Origin: the human T2T-CHM13v2.0 reference genome, Homo sapiens
Length of the DNA stretch: 64,000 nt
NCBI RefSeq assembly: GCF_009914755.1
Contig: NC_060947.1
Reading direction: 5' to 3' (one strand)
Positions 54,841-64,000 of this stretch are shown here, one piece after another. Position 1 is the stretch's first letter. Each line of letters begins with the position of its first letter. The notes beneath the pieces are model-generated. The model saw only the letters and a program-made list of their open reading frames with translations. It ran no database searches and was not told where the DNA came from. Position numbers and translations under genes: made by a program.

Positions 54841-57800
54841 GTCAGTTCAAAAAATTTTTAATTCCACCTTGAGTTTATTGTTGAACCAAAGATCATTCAG
54901 AAGCAGATTATTTAATTTCTATGTATGTGCATGGTTTTGAGGGTTCCTTTGGGAGTTGATTTTCAATTTTATTCTTCAGTGGTCTGAGACAGTACTTGAT
55001 ACAATTTTGAGTTTCTTAAATTTATTGAGACTTGTTTTGTGGCCTATCATATGGTCTATCTTGGAGAATGCTCCATGTGCTGATGAATAGAATGTATATT
55101 CTGCAGTTCTTGGGTAGAATGTTATGTAAATATGTGTTAAGTCCATTTGATCTAGGGCATCACTTATGTCCATTGTTTCTTTGTTGACTTTCTGTCTTGA
55201 TGATATGTCTAATGCTGTCAGTGGAGTACTGAAGTCCCCACTATTATTGTGCTTCTGTCTATCTCACTTCTGAGGTTTAGAAGTAATTGTTTTATAACTT
55301 TCGGAGCTCCAGTGTTAGGTGCATATATATTTAGGATTGTCATATATTCCTGTTGGACTAGTCTTTTTATCATTATATAATGTTACTCTTTGCCTTTTTT
55401 ACTGTTTTTGTGTTAAAGTCTGTTTTGTCTGATATAAGAAAAGCTACTCCTGCTCACTTTTGATGTCCATTTGCATAGAATATCTTTTTCCACCTCTTTA
55501 CCTTAAGTTTATGTGAGTCCTTATGTGTCAGGTGAGTCTCTAGAAGACAGCAGATAGTTGGTTGGTTAATTCTTATCCATTCTGCCATCCTGTATCTTTT
55601 AAGTGGAGCATTTAGGCTATTTCATTCAGCATTAATATTAAGATGTGAGGTACTATTTTATTCATCATGCTAGTTGTTGCCTGAATACAATGCTTTATTT
55701 TTCCATTGGGTTCTTGTTTCATAGGTCCTGTGAGATTTATGCTTTAATGAGGTTCTATTTTGGTGTATTTTGAGGTTTAAAGATTTGGATCTGCTTTCAA
55801 CAGTTCTTTTAGCGCTGGCTTGGTAGTGGTGAATTCTCTCAGTATTTGTTCATGAGAAAATGATTATCTCTTTTTCATTTATGAAGCTGACTTTTGCTGG
55901 ATACAAAATTCTTGGCTGATAACAGTTTTGTTTATGGAGGCTAAAATAGGACCCCAATTTCTTCTAGCTTGAGGGGTTCCTGCTTAGAAATATGCTGTTA
56001 ATCTGATGAGTTTTCATTTATAGATTACCTGAAGCTCTTGCCTCACAGCTCTCAAGATTCTTTCATTTGCCTTGCCTTTAGATAACCTGATGACTATGTG
56101 CCTAGGTGATGATCATTCAGTGATGAATTTCACCAGTATTCTTGGAGCTTCTTGCATTTTGATATCTATATCTCTAGGAAGACCAAAGAACTTTTCTCAA
56201 TTATCCCTTCAAATATGTTTTCCAAACGTTTAGGTTTTTCTTGTTTTTCAGAACACCAATTATTCTTACGTTTGGTAGTTTAACATAATCTTAAACTTCT
56301 TGGAGACTTTATTCTTATTCATTTTCTTCTTTGTCTTTGTAAGATTGGGTTAATTCAATAGCCTCGTATTTGAGTTCTGAAGTTCTGTTTTCTACTATTT
56401 ACATTCTATTGTTGAAACTTTCCAGTATATTTTGCATTTCTATGAGTTTGTCTTTCATTTACAGAAGTTTTATGATTATTTCTTATGTATGCTGTTTATT
56501 TCTCTGGAGATTTTTTTGGCCACATCTTGCATTATATTTTAAATTTATTTAAGCTGGTTTCCACCTTTTTCTGGTGCCTCCTTGAGTAGCTTAATAATTG
56601 GCCTTCTGAATTTTTTTGTTTCTGGCAATTCAGAGATTTCTTCTTCATTTGATTTTATTTCTGGTGAGCTAGTATGATCTTATGGGGGTGTTTAAGAATG
56701 TTGTTTTGTCATATTACCAGAACTGTTTGTCTGGTTTCTTCTTATTTGGGTAGACTATGTCAGAGAAAAGACCTGGACTCAAGGGCTTCTGCTCATTATT
56801 TTGTTTCACAGGGTGATCCCTTGATTTCATACTCTCCCTCTTCCCCTAGGGATGGGGCTTTCAAGAGCTGGACTGCACTTTTTGTTATTGCTCTTCTAGG
56901 TCTAGCCACCCAGTGGAGCTACTGGGCTCCAGGCAGGTCCTTGGGAGTGTCCACAAAGAGTCCTGTGATGTGATTTGTCTTCAGGTCTGTCAGCCATAGA
57001 TACCAACACCTGTTCCAATAGAGGTAGCAAGGGAGTGATGTTGAGTCTGTGAGGGTCCTTGGTTGTAGTTTTGTTTAGTGCACTGGTTTTCTCAAATGCA
57101 GTTAAGTTGTTACATGAAGAGACTCAGGACCTCTAGTTAGCCAGGATGTTACAGGAAGTAAAATTAGCTCTTGTTTTCTCATTTATTGGAGTAGAGTTGT
57201 TCATTCCTGAGTTGCTGTAGTGGTTTTAGCTGTTTGGCCTCCAGCCAGGAGGTGGCACTTTCAAGACAGCATCAGCTATGGTAGTATAGGGGGATACAAG
57301 CTTGCCCTAATGTTGCCTGGATAAGTGTTTGGGTTTCTCAGGTGCCACAGAGCTTCCAAGAGATTATGTCTTTTATCTTCAGCTACCAAGGTGAATAGAG
57401 AAAGAGTATCACGTAGGAGGCAAGGTTCTGCATGTCTGAGCTCAGACTCTTTTGGGGCAGAGCTTGCTGCAGCCACTGTGAGAATAGGGGTGTGATTCTC
57501 AGGCTAATGGTGTTATGTTCCCAAGGGGATTATATATGCCTCTGCTTTATCATACAGGTCACCAGTAAAGTGGTGAAAGTTGGCAGTGACAGGCCTCACC
57601 CAGCTCCCATGCAGCCAACAAAGCCAGTCTCACTCCAACTGTGTCCCACCAACAGCACCGAGTTTATATGTATTCAGCAAGTGAGCAAGACTGAGATCTT
57701 GCCCCAGGTTAGAAGACTGCTGCAGCTTCTGTGCTCATATCTGAACATCCCATTCACCTCCCCCCATCCCAGATTCTGCCCAGGAAAAATCATGCTCAGT

Positions 57801-59266
57801 CAAAATTATTACAAAATTCAGCTGGAGTTTTCCTTCTTCCTGTGGTCCTTCTCTAATTCCACTGGCAGCCCTTCCCAAGGGCCTCTGTGAGATAAAGTAA
57901 AAAATGGCTTCCTGGGGCTCAGGAGTGCCTACAGGGCTTCTTCTGCTGCTTCTTCTACTTTTATATTTTCCTCAGCTCTCTAAATTTGTTTCAGCTCTAG
58001 GTAAGGTTAAATCCTTCTCTTCTGATTTGGATTTTTAGGTTCTTCACTGAGGATGTGTGTTCAGAGACAGACTTTTCTCCTATCACACTTTGGGCACTCA
58101 CAGGTTTTGGCTGTCTCATGGAGTTTGCAGCAGCAAACCACTTCTTTCAAAGGGTCTGTGAATTATTTAGATTTCCCTGGTATCTCCCTGCAGTGGTTTT
58201 TGGAGCAAAAGTTGAACAATTTTTATTTTCATAACAAAATATGTGATTCAAGCACTTATTATTTTTAAGCCAATTAATCAGAGATCTTTCATATATAAAC
58301 ATCACATACAGAACACATATAAATACACAGAAATGTAGAAGAAGATCTAATGGTTGTATGATTTTTTCATTTGCCAGTTTTTGAATTTCTTTTTGAAGCA
58401 TGCAGTTTTTAAGGCCTAATACACAGGTACAGCTGGATTGGATCCCTAAAAATTCAGGGTCCCATTTTTATGCTGGATCCTGCATCCCCAAAAGAGAAGT
58501 GTTATAGAGCAAGACAGTGCAATGATTTTGTGTGTTTCATGGTAAAATCACTGCTTTGCATTGCAAAGCATCCCGAAGCTGATTAGTTGATTCTGTGATT
58601 AGCCCATCCCCCATGGGAGTCTAATTTCAGTGAGGGGTGGGGACATTTCCATTCTTTTTAGGTGGCCAAGAGCATGCTTCTATGATTTAAATGTGCAAAG
58701 AGCCAAGTATCCTCCACAACTGCCCTTTGCTATCCCCAAAAGTATGTTTAGCCTTAGATTCTAAGAGAGATCTGTCTGTTTTCAGTTCCTGGGGTTTCAT
58801 GACTAAAACAGAGGTTTTTCCCAAAACAGGGTCAGTGGCTCCTCCTCTGTTTTTGCCACGGAGTCCCAAGCTGTTAGAGGTTATTTAAGGTTCTCTTATG
58901 TGTGCATCAAAAGTGACAAGAAGAAAAAATAAAGAAAAACAATTCAGTTGACTGAAAAGAAAAAACACTTCAAAAATACAAGATTCAAGAAGATAAAAAT
59001 CCATAAATACCTTTTAAATATACCTGTAGCTTGAATATCTGTCTGCTTTTAATTAAGCTAACTTTTAACCAAATATTTATTACCAGATGCTAGCCTGAAC
59101 AAACAGCAAATATGTCTGGCTTTTGAACTTCACTAAACGTATCCTTTCAGGTGCTCAGAGAAAGTAAAATTCAAGAAGTGAATTCAGAAGTTTTTCATGG
59201 AGGAGAAGAGAATCAATAAATAGCAAAAGTCACGTATGTGTTATATCATTAAAGGACTCATTTCTT

Positions 59267-59827
59267 TTTTTTATTATACTTTAAATTTTAGGGTACATGT
59301 GCACAACGTGCAGGTTTGTTACATATGTATACATGTGCCATGCTGGTGTGCTGCACCCATTAACTCATCATTTAACATTAGGTATATCTCTAATGTTATC
59401 CCTCCCCCTCCCCCCACCCCACAACAGGCCCCAGTGTGTGATGTTCCCCTTCCTGTGTCCATGTGTTCTCATTGTTCAATTTCCACTTATGAGTGAGAAC
59501 ATGCGGTGTTTGGATTTTTGTCCTTGCGATAGTTTGCTGAGAATTATGGTTTCCAGCTTCATCCATGTCCCTACAAAGGACATGAACTCATCATTTTTTA
59601 TGGCTGCATAGTACTCCATGGTGTATATGTGCACATTTTCTTAATCCAGTCTATCATTGTTGAACATTTGGGTTGGTTCTAAGTCTTTGCTATTGTGAAT
59701 AGTGCTGCAATAAACATACGTGTGCATGTGTCTTTATAGCAGCAGGTTTTATAACCCTTTGGGTATATACCCAGTAATGGGATGGCGGGTCAAATGGTAT
59801 TTCTAGTTCTAGATCCCTGAGGAATTG
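59267..59827 (-). mobile_element. Short 5'-truncated L1PA (L1PA4/5-like)
   Basis: Antisense 3'UTR. Perfect 16-bp TSD aaaggactcatttctt at 59251-59266 and 59828-59843, followed by aa. Confidence 0.93.
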
Positions 59828-61626
59828 AAAGGACTCATTTCTTAAGCCTGGAACTGAACCCTGAAGCCAGGCCACCATTGTGAAAAGACAAAGCCTTAGC
59901 TACTAAGCTATTGTACTGGGCAGTTTCCAATGCTCTTAAAACAAGGAATCTAGAGCAGCCAATTTTCAGCTTGCAATGGCTTTTAATTGCTCGAAATAAT
60001 TTTTTGAGCTAACTATGAAATGTACTGCCAAATTTCTGTTCCCTGGATGGCAGAAACCAAGAAAAAGTATTGCTAGGTGGTTACAAGTCAAGCTCCCAAG
60101 GACATAAAAAAAAAGATGAAGAAAAAACTCACCCAGTTTTTTGTTTCAGGGACCTGCAGCAAAGTTTGTAGCTGACCAGTTTGCTGTGCTGGCTTGACAG
60201 CAAGCTTATGGAGCTCCTAGGCCCACATTGTATCCTAAGATACCCCTCTTTATGACAGAATGATACAATAAAAACAAATTCATAGCACAAAATACACCAG
60301 GTTTGCTACAGCTTAAGACTATCTTCACTTTTCTCATTAAGTTAAACTTTGCAAGAGATAGTAATTTTTGCCATTCCTACAACCAGTTTGCACAGAGAGA
60401 GAGAAAAGGGAAGGGAGAAAAAGGAAGGGAGAAAAGCATTGCTTGCAGCAGTGTAGGAAAGGCAAGGAGCTCATGGAGGCCAGAGAAAGACCCACTCATT
60501 GCAGCAACACAAAATTAAAAGTTCAAGTGGCTACTTGTCAGTCATTATAAGGGATCTATTCCAGCAGTCTCATCAGCTCTCAAATTTCTCCCCTTAGGGA
60601 GAAAGAAGCTCCCCATGTCCAGTTATACTGTACATACCTAATTCTGTCACCCACAGCCACCCAAAGAATGAAAGCCAAATTAATTTAAAGAGAATAATGG
60701 TCAATATCTCAATAGTGACAAATCCATTTTTTACTAAGAGGAACTTTACTGAGGAGATGGCCTCTAACCCAATCCCATCCTTTACCCAGGTAAAATGTAC
60801 ACCACTACATACACAAAGTTGGCAGTTTATTTCCTTTGGATCACAATCATAACTAAGTCAAAAAGTTAGCAGATTTAATTTTTTAATCAATCACTTAAGA
60901 TTTTTATTTCCCTTTCATAAAGCCTTTAAATAAAAATATTGAAAATTCCTTTTCTGCATATCAGTAGGCATCCCTAGATGAGACTAATTTGGGAGCTCTC
61001 ATTTTCAAATATACTTTAGTGCAGTGTTGTTCATTTGGAACATTCCACTGTAAGTTATGTTAGTAAGATTAGTAAAATTTTATCATTTCTGTAAGACTGT
61101 TGCTTCCACGGCCCAATACTTATGTATGTATAAGCCAGAAGGAACTCTCTTCTTCAAAAATTAAGGATTTCATTTTTACCTCAAGTATTGGCTTTGCTCT
61201 CAGGTTCCCTTGATCAACTAAGCCACAAAGGAGTAGAGGAAAAAAATTCCTGCAAATGTCTGAAAGCCAAAATGTACACCTCCTACAATATTTTCATTTA
61301 CTACTAATTTCCTTCTGACCCAGTCAGATGTAAGAGGCTTCTAACTGGACCCAAGACAGTTAATTACCAGATCCAATCGAATCCTGGACTCAGTCTAGTT
61401 TCTGTCATGACTTCCAAACCCAGTTTGGATCAGAAATTTGCTTAAAGAAACTTGGAGAACTCAAAACACAAACCCATGGAACTTCAGAATCTGAGAATTT
61501 ACCATGCTCCCCAGCTGCTCTGAGAGATCAAGAAACACAATGGATCTAACGGGTATCTCGGTTGGTCACTCAGTGCTCCTACGGGTCTTTAGAAGTTCTA
61601 CTTCGGATCCCACTTCCGAGGCCATC

Positions 61627-62021
61627 TGATAAAACAAAACTTCAAGCTGAATTTAGTTTAATGGTTTAATTGAGTAATGAACAATTTGTGAATCAGGCAG
61701 CCGCCTGGGCCAGAGTAGGCTCAGAGACTCCAGCACAGCCACGTGGTGAAAGATTTATGAACAGAAAAAGAAAAGTGATGTACAGAAAATGAAAGTGAGG
61801 TAGAGAAAAGTCTGGATTGGTTACAGCTCAGCATTTGCCTTATTTGAACATAGTTCAAATAGTTGGCTACATTTGATTGGTCAAATATTGGTAATTGGCA
61901 CAAGTGTAGGCTATGGTCTAGGTTACACCTCCACTTGTTATAGTTCACAATGTAAAAAAAACCCTTTAGGCCAAATATAAAATATGTGAGGAGGCAGCTT
62001 TAGGCTAAACTTGATTCAACA
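61627..62021 (-). repeat. 5' LTR (MER57-like)
   Basis: Homologous to 39377-39759; followed on - by the PBS tggcctcggaagtgggat. Confidence 0.85.
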
Positions 62022-62790
62022 ACAGTACCACGTTTTGTTTAATTGTTTGTTTTGTTTTTGTTTACTTTTTAATAATAGCCATTCTGACTGGTGAGAGATG
62101 TTATCTCATTGTGGTTTAGATTTGCATTTCTCAAATGGTTAGTGAGACTGAGCATTTTTCATGTTTGTGAGATGCTTGCATGTCTTCTTTTCAGAAGTGT
62201 CTGCTCATGTTCTTTGTCCACTTCTTAATGGGTTTATTTGTTTTTTGCTTGTATATTTTAAAACAATTTCTTATAGACTCTGGATATTGGACCTTTGTTG
62301 GACGTACCTTTGCAAATATTTTATTTCATTCTCTAGGCCATCTGTTTACTCTGCTGATAATCTTTTTTTTTTTTTTTTTTGCTATAAAGAAGCTTTTTGA
62401 TTTTATTAGGTCCTACATGTCAAGTTTGTTTTTGTCACAATTGCTGTTGGTATCTTTGTCATGAAATCTGTCTTAAGGCCGATATCCAAAATAGTGTTTT
62501 CCAGGTTTTCTTCTAGGAATCTTATAACTCTAAAACTGAAATCTTTAATCTATCTTGAGTTATTTTTTGCATACGGTGAAAGGTATGGGCCCATTTTCAT
62601 TCTTTTGCATATGACTAGCCAGCTACCCCAGAACCATATATTGAATAGAGAGCCCTTTCCTCATTTTTTTTTTTTGTTGACTTTGTCAAAGATCAGATGG
62701 CTGTAGGTGTGTGGCTTTATTTCTGGGTTGTCTGTTCTGTTCCATTGGTCTATGTGTCTGTTTTTGTACCAGTATCATGTTTTGTTTAAA
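62022..62790 (-). mobile_element. Right part of the old L1 host interrupted at 39376
   Basis: Resumes with ...tttttaataatagccattctgactggtgagagatg, the expected continuation of antisense ORF2. Confidence 0.8.
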
Positions 62791-62796
62791 GTAGTC

Positions 62797-64000
62797 TTTT
62801 TTTTGGCTTTTATTACTATTATTATACTTTAAGTTCTAGGGTACATGTGCACAATATGCAGGTTTGTTACATATGTATACATGTGCCATGTTGGTTTGCT
62901 GCACACATTAACTCATCATTTACATTAGGTATTTCTCCTAATGCTATCCCTCCCCCATCCCTCCACCCCATGACAGGCCCCAGTGTGTGATGTTCCCAGC
63001 CCTGTGTCCAAGTGTTCTCATTGTTCAATTCCCATCTATGAGTGAGAACATGTGGTGTTTGGTTTTCTCTTCTTGTGATAGTTTGCTCAGAATGATGGTT
63101 TCCAGCTTCATCCATGTCCCTAAAAAGGACATGAACTCATCCTTTTTTATGGCTACATAGTATTCCCTGATGTATATGTGCCATATTTTCTTAATCCAGT
63201 CTATCATTGATGGACATTTGGGCTGGTTTGAAGTCTTTGCTATTGTGAATACTGCCACAATAAACATACATCTGCATGTGTCTTTATACTAGCATGATTT
63301 ATAATCCTTTGGGTATATACCTAGTAATGGGATGGCTGGGTCAAATGGTGTTTCTAGTTCTAGATCCTTGAAGAATCACCACACTGCCTTCCACAATGGT
63401 TGAACTAGTTTACACTCCCACCAACAGTGTAAAAGTGTTCCTATTTCTCCATATCCTCACCAGCATCTGTTGTTTCCTGACTTTTTAATGATCGCCATTC
63501 TAACTGGTGTGAGACGGTATCTCATTGTGGTTTTGATATGCATTTCGCTGATGGCCAGTGATGATGAGCATTTTTTCATGTCTGTTGCCTGCATAAATGT
63601 CTTCTTTTGAAAAGTGTCTGTTCATATACTTTGCTCACGTTTTGATGGGGTTGTTTGATTTTTTCTTGTGAATTTGTTTGAGTTCTTTGTAGATTCTGGT
63701 TATTAGCCCTTTGTCAGATGGGTAGATTGCAAAAATTTTCTCCCATTCTGTAGGTTGCCAGTTCACTCTGATGGTAGTTTCTTTTGCTGTGCAGAAGCTC
63801 TTTAGTTTAATTAGATGCCATTTGTCAGTTTTGGCTTTTGTTGCCACTGCTTTAGGTGTTTTCGTCATGAAGTCTTTGCCCATGCCTATGTCCTGAATGG
63901 TATTACCTAGGTTTTCTTCTAGGGTTTTTATGGTTTTAGGTCTAACATGTAAGTCTTTAATCCATCTTGAATTGATTTTTGCATAAGGTGTAAGGAAGGG
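62797..64000 (-). mobile_element. L1PA (L1PA5-7-like) 3' end running off the window
   Basis: T-rich tail, 3'UTR, and ORF2 C-terminus ([16 protein letters not shown]...). Confidence 0.9.

Larger units (their letters stand above)
43505..58208 (-). mobile_element. Near full-length L1PB-like LINE-1, split into 43505-44893, 50533-51788 and ~54843-58208
   Basis: L1PB-type 3'UTR at 43505, degraded ORF2, ORF1 region and long 5'UTR. Candidate TSD aaattgtacaattttt (43489-43504) / aagttgaacaattttt (58209-58224), 14/16 match. Confidence 0.82.
39377..62021 (-). mobile_element. ERV1 (MER4-group) provirus with MER57-type LTRs, interrupted by later insertions
   Basis: Two homologous LTRs (39377-39759, 61627-62021), PPT at 39760-39772, tRNA-Leu-like PBS at 61607-61624, imperfect 4-bp TSD ccag/acag. 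Internal segments at 39760-43504, 58209-59266 and 59828-61626. Confidence 0.85.

Noticed and set aside
61595-61624. tRNA gene fragment (also 45420-45446)
   Set aside because: These are retroviral primer-binding sites next to LTRs, not tRNA genes.

Overview
Primate (very probably human) genomic DNA containing the complete TBX22 T-box transcription factor gene on the + strand (X-linked cleft palate/ankyloglossia gene). It has a probable non-coding first exon ending at 17156 and eight coding exons (24537-33377) that splice with GT-AG boundaries into an intact 1563-nt, 520-aa ORF. The gene sits in a ~26 kb block nearly free of young LINE/ERV insertions. The left flank holds three 5'-truncated L1s, two of them with twin-priming 5' inversions and TSDs. 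The right flank (38.7-64 kb) is a four-level nested stack: old L1 > MER57-type ERV1 provirus > near full-length L1PB > HERV-K(HML6)/LTR3 provirus, plus further L1PA insertions. I found no convincing evidence of a wholly new biological system. The best leads are micro-alternative splice sites in TBX22 (a NAGNAG acceptor next to the SUMO motif and a +4 tandem donor), an ETS site and uORF at the distal promoter, a CpG-retaining palindromic island 3' of the gene, an HML6 primer-binding site whose tRNA complementarity runs past nt 18, and L1 pairs that could mediate rearrangement of TBX22. Repeat subfamily names come from recalled consensus sequences, not from a search.
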